From Methylococcales bacterium (GTDB taxonomy: Bacteria > Pseudomonadota > Gammaproteobacteria > Methylococcales > Methylomonadaceae): a stretch of 64,000 bases of DNA. The stretch is taken from assembly GCA_023144875.1 (NCBI GenBank), contig JAGLEW010000050.1:1537-65536 (forward strand), given 5' to 3'. This document shows, piece after piece, positions 39,840 through 48,810 of the stretch (its first letter is position 1; every line of letters starts with the position of its first letter). Below the pieces are notes generated by a model. That model was not told the DNA's origin. It was given only the letters and a program-made list of their open reading frames with translations, and ran no database searches. A program made the position numbers and the translations under genes.

Positions 39840-40358
39840 TTAATAGTGCAATAAAGAATGAGTCTGGTAGTTTGATAGTTTTTCTTTTCCATTTAATTCA
39901 TCCAACTCAATCAGAAAAGCACAGGCTTTTATTTGCGCACCTAATGATTCAATTAATTCACAACTGGCCTTTGCCGTTCCACCTGTGGCTAAAACATCAT
40001 CAATCACTAATACTAAATCATTTTGAGTTAACGCATCGCTGTGTATTTCTAAACAGGCGGATCCATATTCTAGGTTATATGAAATTGATTTGACATTGTA
40101 TGGCAGTTTTCCCGCTTTTCTAAGTGGAATGAAGCCGACGCTTAATTCTAAGGCGACTAAAGAACCAAAAATAAAACCTCGAGCTTCCATCCCTACAACA
40201 GCGGTAATATTTTGATTGAAAAAAGGTTGAGCTAATTGTTGTATTGATTGCTTTAAGGCTTGTGGGTTTTTAAGCAAGGGACTAATATCTTTAAAAATAA
40301 TACCAGATTTTGGAAAGTCTGGAATATCTCGGATGTTGTCTTTTAAAAGGTCGGTCAT
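39840..40358 (-). CDS. apt: Adenine phosphoribosyltransferase
   Basis: IRDIPDFPKSGIIFKDISPLL and the PRPP-binding motif VLVIDDVLATGGTA. Confidence 0.95.
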   Translation of the reverse strand: MTDLLKDNIRDIPDFPKSGIIFKDISPLLKNPQALKQSIQQLAQPFFNQNITAVVGMEARGFIFGSLVALELSVGFIPLRKAGKLPYNVKSISYNLEYGSACLEIHSDALTQNDLVLVIDDVLATGGTAKASCELIESLGAQIKACAFLIELDELNGKEKLSNYQTHSLLHY

Positions 40359-40381
40359 GATGTTATTAAAGGCGTATTTTT

Positions 40382-41701
40382 TTAAGGAGAGTCTTCAGTG
40401 AGCAATTCATCCAACATATAGTGATGTAATTTTTCAATCCAAGCGGGTTCAAATAAAGGTTCAATGAAATTATAATTTAAAGTCAATTGTTGCTGATATT
40501 CGCAACTTAGTAAGGCAATGGCGGGTGGGCTGCTGATTTGGCAAAAATGTCGAATGCCCGTAATTTTACGATTGCATAATGACTCGCTGGTTCGTGCGGT
40601 TAAATTAACCTGTGAAAACCAAAAAGAGCTGCGTTCTGTTTTATGCGTATAAGACAGCCGCAAGTTTTCACCGTGTTTTTTTAATGATAAAAAACGAGCC
40701 GCCCACATAATCGGTAAAAAGGCATAATCAAGTTGTTGCCGAATAACGGTTTTATTTTGTTGTTTTAGGTGGGTAAATAATTGCTTTCGATTGGCGATCA
40801 ATTGTCGTGAGGCTTGGGCAAATAAGACCCCTACATGATTGCCTAATAAAGGCGTTAGCGCTTTTTGTTTGCGTAAATTAAAGGCATAAGGCACACAATA
40901 GGCTTCTCCTGATTGTTGAGGGTTCATTTTTTCTAAAGCACGCATGAAACAGCCAATATAATAAAGGCTGCTGCCTGTAATGCCTGTTTGTGTCTTGGCG
41001 AATTGATTAATTTTATGACTTTGTTCTACACTGAGTTGATAGTGAAGCGCGCGAAGTTTTTTAGGCGATTTTTTAGCGGCATGAATAATACTTTGTTGCT
41101 GATCAAGGGTTGTAATATAACGTTTGGCTTTTAGAAATAATTGTATTTTTTTCCAGAGGCTAAATTTATTTAATTGTCGGGTAACCAGTGCTTCGGGTGT
41201 TGGAACATGAAATTTTTCACGCTGATTTTTATCGTCCGTCGCCAGATATTGTAAAATTAAATTAATGCTAACAGCATCACAGAGGGGGTGCATCCAGCGA
41301 AATAATAAAACACAGCGGGTATCAGAATGAATCAGATGAAAGCTCAAGGGCATTATGGTTTCACGCGCTTGGACTTGATTCATTAAGTTTGCAATGATTT
41401 GCTCAATATCGAGTGTAGAAGTGGCATGATATTGGAAAAAAATAGAGTCGATAGTGTCGCGCTGGCACCAATGAAAACGATTGCCTTGTTGTTGCAAACT
41501 AGTAAGAATAATAGGAAAGTTTTGAGTTAGCGCCTTAATTTTATCTTCTAATACGGTGATTTCAGGCAACGCATCAAGTTCAAGTGCCATTCCACACAGA
41601 CTGCCGACCCCTGTTTCGTGACGAATTTCTTCATCCATTGCCAGTGTAAAATAATCAGCAGGATTAAGGGCCTGCAAAATATTCGCTTGATTTTTGCTCA
41701 T
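40382..41701 (-). CDS. Stand-alone condensation-domain-like acyltransferase (HxxxD superfamily: NRPS C / WS-DGAT / PapA5 type)
   Basis: 439 aa. LLFRWMHPLCDAVSINLILQYL at ~residue 135 matches the position and context of the HHxxxDG motif, and length and layout fit a single C domain. The start overlaps the stop of the carrier-protein gene (ATGA). Family assignment is by motif only. Confidence 0.5.
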   Translation of the reverse strand: MSKNQANILQALNPADYFTLAMDEEIRHETGVGSLCGMALELDALPEITVLEDKIKALTQNFPIILTSLQQQGNRFHWCQRDTIDSIFFQYHATSTLDIEQIIANLMNQVQARETIMPLSFHLIHSDTRCVLLFRWMHPLCDAVSINLILQYLATDDKNQREKFHVPTPEALVTRQLNKFSLWKKIQLFLKAKRYITTLDQQQSIIHAAKKSPKKLRALHYQLSVEQSHKINQFAKTQTGITGSSLYYIGCFMRALEKMNPQQSGEAYCVPYAFNLRKQKALTPLLGNHVGVLFAQASRQLIANRKQLFTHLKQQNKTVIRQQLDYAFLPIMWAARFLSLKKHGENLRLSYTHKTERSSFWFSQVNLTARTSESLCNRKITGIRHFCQISSPPAIALLSCEYQQQLTLNYNFIEPLFEPAWIEKLHHYMLDELLTEDSP

Positions 41702-41934
41702 GATTTATGGTGCAAAATCCATGCTTCTAATCGGTTGAAAGTTTTCACATTGTCAGGATCGATTTCAGTATCAGGAAGTGTCACCTTAAATTGGTCTTCA
41801 ATAAACATAATGAGGCGCATAATGCCCATGCTATCTAATCCTGCCTCAAGCAGATCTTCATCATTGCCAAAGGTTTGAGGATCGGCGACAAAGATTAATT
41901 CTTCAAAAATAAATTCACGGAGTTGTGGTTTCAT
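41698..41934 (-). CDS. Acyl/peptidyl carrier protein, DltC-like
   Basis: 78 aa from ATG 41934. Ser35 sits in DLLEAGLDSMGIMRLIMFIEDQF (compare DltC EEGLLDSFGTVELLLAIENRF). The ORF track extends to 41994 (98 aa), but that adds a hydrophobic extension overlapping the bpt 3' end. Confidence 0.65.
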   Translation of the reverse strand: MKPQLREFIFEELIFVADPQTFGNDEDLLEAGLDSMGIMRLIMFIEDQFKVTLPDTEIDPDNVKTFNRLEAWILHHKS

Positions 41935-41975
41935 AAAAACGGGAAGGTAGAATGTATATAAACAGAGAAAAAACG

Positions 41976-42674
41976 TTAGGTAATTAATTGCCATTGCTGA
42001 TTAATAAAGCCTTCTAATGGCTGATAGTGGGTTTTATAGGCCATTTTTTGACATTGCTCAACCCAATAACCTAAATAAACATAGGTAAGGTTTAATTGAT
42101 GTGCGTGTTCAATTTGCCACAGTACTGCATAAACACCTAAGCTGTAGGCTGATAAACTAGGCTCAAAAAAAGTATAAACTGCGGACAGACTTTGGTCTAA
42201 AAAATCAACCACGGCGACGGCGGCAAGTTGGTTGTCAATAAAAAATTCTACAAAGGAGGTGGTACACCAATCACTGCTTAAAAACTGAATATATTCTTCA
42301 GAAGTCGTGGTCGCCATGATGCTATCTGGGTGTTTAAATTGTTGATAACGAAGATAAAGGTCAAAATGTTGTTGTTTAAAAACAGGGGCTTGAATGATGA
42401 CTTTTGTGTTATTATTTTTTTTTAAACAGCGTTTTTGGTTACGGCTTGCTTTAAAACTTTGCACAGGGATGCGACAGGAAATACATTGGGCGCATTCTGA
42501 GCATCGTGGGCTATAAACCTCATTACCACTGCGGCGAAAACCATGCACTAATAGTTTTGAATACAAAGGGCTATCAAGTAAAAAACGGGGATAAACAAAG
42601 GCGGACTGTGAGGTTTTATCCTCGAGATAACTGCATTTTTGTGGGTTGCTAATGGTCAGTGAAATAGAAGTCAT
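41976..42674 (-). CDS. bpt: Aspartate/glutamate leucyltransferase Bpt (bacterial ATE-type aminoacyl-tRNA-protein transferase)
   Basis: ATE_N Cys-rich region (CSYLEDK..., GFRRSGNEVYSPRCSECAQCISCRI) and ATE_C (YVYLGYWVEQCQKMAYKTHYQPLE). ATG 42674 overlaps the aat stop (ATGA). The ORF track starts at 42713. Confidence 0.85.
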   Translation of the reverse strand: MTSISLTISNPQKCSYLEDKTSQSAFVYPRFLLDSPLYSKLLVHGFRRSGNEVYSPRCSECAQCISCRIPVQSFKASRNQKRCLKKNNNTKVIIQAPVFKQQHFDLYLRYQQFKHPDSIMATTTSEEYIQFLSSDWCTTSFVEFFIDNQLAAVAVVDFLDQSLSAVYTFFEPSLSAYSLGVYAVLWQIEHAHQLNLTYVYLGYWVEQCQKMAYKTHYQPLEGFINQQWQLIT

Positions 42675-43366
42675 GCGTTTTTCCACGCGGAAGGAAGAGG
42701 CGGTTGATTGCAATAAGTATTGAGTTGGCGAATAAAATGATTTCGGTCAATTTCATACGCGCCTAAACTAACCAGATGATCGCTGTGAACTTGGCAATCA
42801 ATGAGTTGATAGCCCCATTGTTGAAGCAGTTGGATTAAATGAACAAACACCACTTTAGAGGCATTGGTTTGGGTGTGGAACATAGATTCGCCAAAAAAAA
42901 CCTGACCAATCGCCACCCCATAAAGCCCTCCAACCAGTTGACCTTGCGACCATGCTTCGACAGAATGTGCCACGCCTTGATGATGTAATTGTTGATACGC
43001 ATGCATCATTTCCTCGCTAATCCATGTGCCTTCCGCTTTTTCGCGGCTTGAACGGCAGGATTTTATCACAAGGGAAAAAGCACGATTAATACTAAGCTCA
43101 AATCGTTGTTGACGTATCACTTTGGCAAGACTTCGAGAAATTTTTAAGCGATCGGGGGTGACAATTAGCCTTGGGTTTGGTGACCACCAAAGAATTGGTT
43201 CATCGGGGTTATACCAAGGGAAAATACCATTTTTATAGGCATTTATAAGGCGTTTTACCGATAAACATCCCCCGACAGCAAGCAATCCATCCGGTTCTGT
43301 TAAGGCATTCTCTAACGATGGAAAAGCTTGACTGGGGTCATATGGATTTAATTGAATTAATTCCAT
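42671..43366 (-). CDS. aat: Leucyl/phenylalanyl-tRNA-protein transferase
   Basis: GLLAVGGCLSVKRLINAYKNGIFPWYNPDEPILWWSPNPR and GGLYGVAIGQVFFGESMF motifs. Confidence 0.9.
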   Translation of the reverse strand: MELIQLNPYDPSQAFPSLENALTEPDGLLAVGGCLSVKRLINAYKNGIFPWYNPDEPILWWSPNPRLIVTPDRLKISRSLAKVIRQQRFELSINRAFSLVIKSCRSSREKAEGTWISEEMMHAYQQLHHQGVAHSVEAWSQGQLVGGLYGVAIGQVFFGESMFHTQTNASKVVFVHLIQLLQQWGYQLIDCQVHSDHLVSLGAYEIDRNHFIRQLNTYCNQPPLPSAWKNA

Positions 43367-43376
43367 GTATTTAATC

Positions 43377-44606
43377 TTATGTGATTATGTTTGCGTGTAC
43401 ATAAAGCTGTTTTTTAAGTGGTTCTAGCGGCACTTTTTCAATCATTTCATTAGCAAAAGCGGCGGTTAATAAGGCTTTAGCGGCATTAATATCCAGTCCA
43501 CGTGATTGCAAATAAAAAATAGATTTTTCATCGAGTTGCCCAATGGTAACGCCATGCGCGCATTTGACATCATCCGCATAAATTTCTAGCTGTGGTTTGG
43601 TATCAATTTCAGCCTTATTTGACAGCAATAAATTACGGTTATTCATGGCTGAGTCGGTTTTTTGAGCGTCTTTAGCCACGAATACACGTCCTTGAAAAAC
43701 ACCACGCGCGCGATCATTTAAGATGCCTTTATAGAACTCACGACTGATACCATAAGGCTGGTTATGATTAATACGCGTATGATTATCAATATGTTGACGT
43801 TTCTCACCAAGGTATAAGCCGTTTAATGAACATTCAGCCGCTGTTTCTAAATCGGTATGAATATCATTGCGAGCGATCAAGCCACCAAATGCAAAATTAT
43901 GATGATTAAAAATACTGTGAGGCTGTTGTTTGCAATAAGTGCCGCCAAAATGATACGCAGTTTGGGATTCAGTTTGAAGTTTATAAAGCGTCAATGTGGC
44001 ATTTTTTGCTAAAAATACCTCATTAACCGCGGCGGTTAGGCTGTTTGATTCGCCAATAAAGGTTTCTATTATTTCAAGTGTTGAAAATTCGGCGCCAATA
44101 ATAAGATTACGAGTGGCTGCCCTTGTTTCAGAGCCTAAAGCGTAATGTAAAATTTGTATTGGTTTGCGTGTCGATGCTTGTGGCGCAAGTTTTATAAAAA
44201 AACCATCAGTGAAATAAGCGCTGTTGTAGCTAATAAAATTATGGGTTTTATTGCACACCGCTTTCCCTAAATAAGGCGTTATTTTATCAGGGTTTTCTTC
44301 GATTAATTGACTGATGCTAGTAAGTTCTAGCGCCTCATCTATTTGGGTTAAGCGTGAATATTTTTTTGAAAAATGACCGTCAATAAACACCATGATCCAT
44401 GCATCATCCAGCATGTGTGATGTTAAAAGTGTCTCATTGATGGTTTCAATGTGAGGTTGCGTTTTGAAGGATTTTTTTTCCAGCGCGGATAAATTGGTAT
44501 AACGCCATTCTTCCTCATTCGTTTTTGGAAAACCATTTTCTGAAAAAAGTTCGAGTGCATTTTGTCGAAAGTTATTTAAACTGTCCGATTTAAGTTTTGT
44601 ATTCAT
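43377..44606 (-). CDS. sufD: Fe-S cluster assembly protein SufD
   Basis: 409 aa. C-terminal SufB/D beta-helix signature (GVFQGRVFVAKDAQKTDSAMNNRNLLLSNKAEIDTKPQLEIYADDVKCAHGVTIGQLDEKSIFYLQSRGL). Overlaps the sufC stop by 4 nt. Confidence 0.8.
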   Translation of the reverse strand: MNTKLKSDSLNNFRQNALELFSENGFPKTNEEEWRYTNLSALEKKSFKTQPHIETINETLLTSHMLDDAWIMVFIDGHFSKKYSRLTQIDEALELTSISQLIEENPDKITPYLGKAVCNKTHNFISYNSAYFTDGFFIKLAPQASTRKPIQILHYALGSETRAATRNLIIGAEFSTLEIIETFIGESNSLTAAVNEVFLAKNATLTLYKLQTESQTAYHFGGTYCKQQPHSIFNHHNFAFGGLIARNDIHTDLETAAECSLNGLYLGEKRQHIDNHTRINHNQPYGISREFYKGILNDRARGVFQGRVFVAKDAQKTDSAMNNRNLLLSNKAEIDTKPQLEIYADDVKCAHGVTIGQLDEKSIFYLQSRGLDINAAKALLTAAFANEMIEKVPLEPLKKQLYVHANIIT

Positions 44607-45358
44607 ACACTTGCCGCTTGTGTTTCTAGGTCATTGTAGCCTTTTGCTTCTAATTCTAAAGCTAAATCCGCATCCCCTGATTTGATGATTTTTCCATCGG
44701 CCAATACATGGACAAAATCAGGTTTAATGTAGTCAAGTAGGCGTTGATAATGGGTAATCATTACAAAACTTCGCTGTTCTGAGCGCAGAGCATTAACGCC
44801 ATTAGCGACAATTTTTAAGGCGTCAATATCCAGCCCTGAATCGGTTTCATCTAAAATGCACAATTGTGGCTCCATAACCGCCATCTGTAAGATTTCATTG
44901 CGTTTTTTTTCACCGCCTGAAAAACCTTCGTTAACTGCACGGTATAAAAATTTTTCATTCATGTCCAATAAACGCATTTTTTCTTTGACCCAGACTAAAA
45001 AATCCATTGCATCAATTTCGGTTTGACCTTTGTGTTTTCGGATGGCGTTTAGCGCGGCTTTGAGTAGATAGATATTGCTGACCCCTGGGATTTCAATCGG
45101 GTATTGAAATGCTAAAAAAACACCTTCACGAGCGCGTGTTTCAGGGGCTAAAGCGAGTAAATCTTGACCATTATAGGTGATTGAACCCTCTGTTACCGTA
45201 TAGCCACTTTTGCCTGATAAAATATGAGAAAGGGTGCTTTTTCCTGCGCCATTTGGCCCCATAATGGCGTGAACCTCCCCTGCCTTGACTTCTAAATTAA
45301 GACCTTTGAGGATTTGTTTGTCTCCGACATTGGCGGTTAAGTTTTTAATACTAAGCAT
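44603..45358 (-). CDS. sufC: Fe-S cluster assembly ATPase SufC
   Basis: Walker A GPNGAGKST, signature FSGGEKKRNEI, Walker B LCILDETDSGLD and H-loop ITHY. Confidence 0.92.
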   Translation of the reverse strand: MLSIKNLTANVGDKQILKGLNLEVKAGEVHAIMGPNGAGKSTLSHILSGKSGYTVTEGSITYNGQDLLALAPETRAREGVFLAFQYPIEIPGVSNIYLLKAALNAIRKHKGQTEIDAMDFLVWVKEKMRLLDMNEKFLYRAVNEGFSGGEKKRNEILQMAVMEPQLCILDETDSGLDIDALKIVANGVNALRSEQRSFVMITHYQRLLDYIKPDFVHVLADGKIIKSGDADLALELEAKGYNDLETQAASV

Positions 45359-45400
45359 AGGTGTATTCCAAAGGGTTACAGATAAAAATAAAGCGGATGA

Positions 45401-46519
45401 TTAAAGGGCGTGGGATAACGTTTTTTGATACAGTGCGGCGTAACTTTTTCCCATTTTTTGACCCGTGAATAAAGTTTGATAGCGCTGTCGTGCCGCTTGG
45501 CCATACTTTTTAATTAAAACAGGATTGTTGCTTAGGGTTGTCATAGCTTGGTGTAATTTTTCAGGGTCATTGGGTGGAATGACGAGACCTGTTTCTTTGT
45601 GTGCATTAACAAAACTGGTGCCTGTGCCTAGTTCGCATGAAATCATTGGTTTCGCATTCATCGCCGCCTCAAGCAACGTTACGCCGAAGGCTTCTGAGCG
45701 CAGATGTGAAGGAAAGACAATGGCCAAGGATAATTGAATCAAAGCAACTTTTTCTTCATTACTCACGTAGCCTAAAAAGCGGACATTTTTAAGGTTTAAT
45801 GCCTTGGCTTGGGATTTTAAAGTGGCTTCTTCAGGGCCTGAGCCTGTAATAATAATCAGGGCTTTGGTTTTTTGAGCCGCCGCTAATAAAATATGCAAGC
45901 CTTTGTAATAGCGCAAAACCCCGATAAAAAGAAAAAACCCGTTCCCCACTTTTTCACGCATATTATCAAGTGTCTCTTGTGTGGCGATAGGGTAGCTTGC
46001 TTCATCAATACCGATGGGGATAATAGCTACTTTATCGGCATAATGTTTTAAAACGGGGCTGGTTTTTGCATAATTAGGTGAGGTGGCAACAATGGTTTGC
46101 ATCTGGTTAAGAAACAAGCGTTTCAATGGGCGGTAAAGTTTTAAAAAGCTTTTTTGACGCACAATATCAGACTCATAAGTCACAATCGAAGGCTTTTTAA
46201 CCCGTGCGAGTATATGGAGAACATCCGCAAATGGCCACGGAAATTGATAATGAATCACATCTGCCCATTCAACCTGTTGTTTAAAGGCTGAGAGCGCTGA
46301 AAAAGAAAGACCACAAGAGGCAATTTCAAGGTGATTTTTAGCGCGATAAACGTAAACTTCATCATAGTCAATGATCGCTGGCTTAGGTTGATGGCTTAGG
46401 CAAAAGACACGGCTTTCAACGCCCTCAGTGTGCGTGGTTTTACAAATTTGACGAATAACTTCCTCAAGCCCGCCTTGTGTATCGGGAAAAAAAGTGCGAT
46501 AAACATGCAAAACACGCAT
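45401..46519 (-). CDS. Glycosyltransferase family 4 (GT-B, retaining)
   Basis: N-terminal MRVLHVYRTFFPDTQGGLEEV and the EX7E region SEAFGVTLLEAAMNAKPMI. The ORF track starts at 46573. ATG 46519 removes the overlap with the upstream gene. Confidence 0.8.
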   Translation of the reverse strand: MRVLHVYRTFFPDTQGGLEEVIRQICKTTHTEGVESRVFCLSHQPKPAIIDYDEVYVYRAKNHLEIASCGLSFSALSAFKQQVEWADVIHYQFPWPFADVLHILARVKKPSIVTYESDIVRQKSFLKLYRPLKRLFLNQMQTIVATSPNYAKTSPVLKHYADKVAIIPIGIDEASYPIATQETLDNMREKVGNGFFLFIGVLRYYKGLHILLAAAQKTKALIIITGSGPEEATLKSQAKALNLKNVRFLGYVSNEEKVALIQLSLAIVFPSHLRSEAFGVTLLEAAMNAKPMISCELGTGTSFVNAHKETGLVIPPNDPEKLHQAMTTLSNNPVLIKKYGQAARQRYQTLFTGQKMGKSYAALYQKTLSHAL

Positions 46520-46524
46520 AGCCC

Positions 46525-48027
46525 TTAAGCCATTTGAGCAGAAGATTGCCATTGACGCATTAATACCATGCAATCGTGGTTGAGTTGTTGTACCATTTCT
46601 TCACTGTCCGCTTCGTTATAACAGCGTAATTCGGGGGCATTTCCTGAGGCTCTAAAGTGAACGACATCACCGCTGGCAAGGGTTACTCGAACACCATCGG
46701 TGGTATTGATTGCAAACGGCACATCTTCAAGGCTGGATAATTTTGCCGTCATGTTTTTTAAATTAGTTTTTTGATCGGCTGAGACCATATCGGCTAGAAT
46801 TTTTTGACTTAAGTCACTCGGAAACTCTTTAATACGGTCGCTGGTAGTAAAACGAGAGGGTAGGGAGGCCACTAATCCTGCAATAGTGGTTTTCTTTTTT
46901 AATGTCAGCATTAAAATAGCTAGCGGTACAATAATGGCATCGCGTGTAGGCAGGGCGGCTAATATTTTACCATCTTGATGAATGTCTCGACCTTGTAAAA
47001 CGCCCCCGTTTGCCTCATAACCCATGACAATTTCCGCTTCTGAGGCCAGTGCTTGCATAGCTTCAATGACAAAAGGAGAGCCAATGCGGGTTCTGACGGT
47101 TCGGGTGAAGTAGTTTGACTCTTCCAAGACTGAATTACTGCTAACAGGCGTAACAACGGCATCAGAATTTAAATAGTAAGCACATAATAGCCCTGCAATG
47201 TCGCCTCGTAACCAAACCCCATTCTCATCTCCGACCAGTGGGCGATCACCATCACCATCGGTTGAAATTAAACAATCGAATTGATGATCTTGAGACCATT
47301 TACGCGCTAATTTTATATCTTCGGGGCGAATCGCTTCGGTATCGACGGCCACAAACTGTTCAGATCGTGCCAGAGAAGTCACATTAGCCCCTAAGTCGGT
47401 TAAAATAGTTTTTAAGCAATCTCTGGCGACCGATGAATGTTCATAAAGTCCAATATGTTGACCCTGCAGACAATTTTCAGGGAAAAAATTCACAAATCGT
47501 TGTATATAGTGCTGTTCTGCTTGTGGGTTGAGTTCTGGTAATAGCGCGGGGGCTATTAATTGACCGCTATCTAAAAATTTTCCATCGGGGATTTCAACCG
47601 TTTGTGCCCGAATAGCCATTTCATCCGTTTTTAAAATTTCACCGTCGGCTTTATTAAATTTAATGCCGTTACGATCATCAGGGATATGACTGCCTGTGAC
47701 CATAATGGTTGGGCAGTTTTTATATAAGCCATAAAGCGCAATCGCAGGGGAAGGAATGGTACCGTAATTAACAGCTTTAAAGCCTTTGTCGGTAATTGCC
47801 TGAGCGACCACGGCCATAATGTGATTTGTACTGCCGCGTAAATCTCCAGCAATACCAATTTCATCCCCTGATTTTAAATTGTCTAATGTTTGTAAAAAAG
47901 CACGAGTATAAACCCAGCAGACTTTATCACTCATATTTATAACAAGACCACGAACGCCACTGGTACCAAAAGAGACGGTACTTTGTTTCATTAAGCTTGC
48001 AACTGAAATTGTATTTTTTAAAGCCAT
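46525..48027 (-). CDS. Phosphomannomutase/phosphoglucomutase-family enzyme
   Basis: FGTSGVRG, active-site Ser loop VTGSHIPDDRNG and metal loop STDGDGDRPLV. Confidence 0.85.
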   Translation of the reverse strand: MALKNTISVASLMKQSTVSFGTSGVRGLVINMSDKVCWVYTRAFLQTLDNLKSGDEIGIAGDLRGSTNHIMAVVAQAITDKGFKAVNYGTIPSPAIALYGLYKNCPTIMVTGSHIPDDRNGIKFNKADGEILKTDEMAIRAQTVEIPDGKFLDSGQLIAPALLPELNPQAEQHYIQRFVNFFPENCLQGQHIGLYEHSSVARDCLKTILTDLGANVTSLARSEQFVAVDTEAIRPEDIKLARKWSQDHQFDCLISTDGDGDRPLVGDENGVWLRGDIAGLLCAYYLNSDAVVTPVSSNSVLEESNYFTRTVRTRIGSPFVIEAMQALASEAEIVMGYEANGGVLQGRDIHQDGKILAALPTRDAIIVPLAILMLTLKKKTTIAGLVASLPSRFTTSDRIKEFPSDLSQKILADMVSADQKTNLKNMTAKLSSLEDVPFAINTTDGVRVTLASGDVVHFRASGNAPELRCYNEADSEEMVQQLNHDCMVLMRQWQSSAQMA

Positions 48028-48034
48028 GTTAATA

Positions 48035-48080
48035 ATTATGTGATTAAATTTGAAGGTTGTGGTTATTATTATGTGATTAA
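48035..48080. repeat. Two perfect 13-bp direct repeats ATTATGTGATTAA spaced 33 bp start to start
   Basis: Copies at 48035-48047 and 48068-48080, in the 102-bp region just upstream of the phosphomannomutase start (48027, minus strand). The repeat is certain; any function such as an operator or UP element is not. Confidence 0.5.
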
Positions 48081-48129
48081 GATCTAAAGTTTATTTTTTT
48101 TGAAAAAAGTGTGTTATCACCCACAAAAT

Positions 48130-48624
48130 TTAAGGCAAAATTTCAATAGGCGTACCCTTTTTAACCAGTTGCCATATTTCTTCCATTTGTGCATTCGTCA
48201 CGGCAATACAGCCATTCGTCCAATTGAAATGTTGAGCAATAAAGCTTAACCAGCCAAGTCCATTTAATTGCCCGTGAATCATAATAGCACCACCAGGGTC
48301 AACGCCTTGCAACTGTGCTCGTTTTTTATCCATTTTATTAGGGTATGAAATATGAATGGATTTATAGGCAATACTGTCGGGTTTTTTATAATCCAAAATA
48401 TAGCGGCCTTCGGGCGTTTTTTCATCCTCTTCTTGTTGTTTGTGACCGGCAGGGTCGTCGCCAAAAACAACGGGGTATTGCTTAATAATTTTATGGTGAC
48501 TTTTAAGGTAGAGCTGTGCTTTTGATTTATCGACAACCACTAAATCAATTTCATTCGCGAGACCCCAGCAGGGTGCTAATAGTAAGTAATAGACCAAAAA
48601 ATTTAATTTTAAAATATATTGCAA
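48130..48624 (-). CDS. L,D-transpeptidase (YkuD domain) protein
   Basis: Signal peptide. Catalytic motif IMIHGQLNGLGWLSFIAQHFNWTNGCIAVTN (His...Gly-Cys). Confidence 0.8.
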   Translation of the reverse strand: MQYILKLNFLVYYLLLAPCWGLANEIDLVVVDKSKAQLYLKSHHKIIKQYPVVFGDDPAGHKQQEEDEKTPEGRYILDYKKPDSIAYKSIHISYPNKMDKKRAQLQGVDPGGAIMIHGQLNGLGWLSFIAQHFNWTNGCIAVTNAQMEEIWQLVKKGTPIEILP

Positions 48625-48810
48625 ACCAATACTTTATAAGTAAAAAATACAGGAAAACTTAGGAATAATTACTTAGTAATAAAATTAGGGATTTAATTTT
48701 AAAGAAAGCGTTATTAAAAGCCATAGCACTATTGTATCGACAATCAGAAATAAAGCCTAGAATAAAAACAGTTATTGTTTAGATGGAAATAGGCTTTCTG
48801 GAGGGTAAAT

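Noticed and set aside
41935-41994. 20-codon N-terminal extension of the carrier protein (ORF-track start at 41994)
   Set aside because: The extension is hydrophobic, overlaps the bpt 3' end, and would move the phosphopantetheine Ser from position 35 (as in DltC) to 55. ATG 41934 gives a canonical 78-aa carrier.
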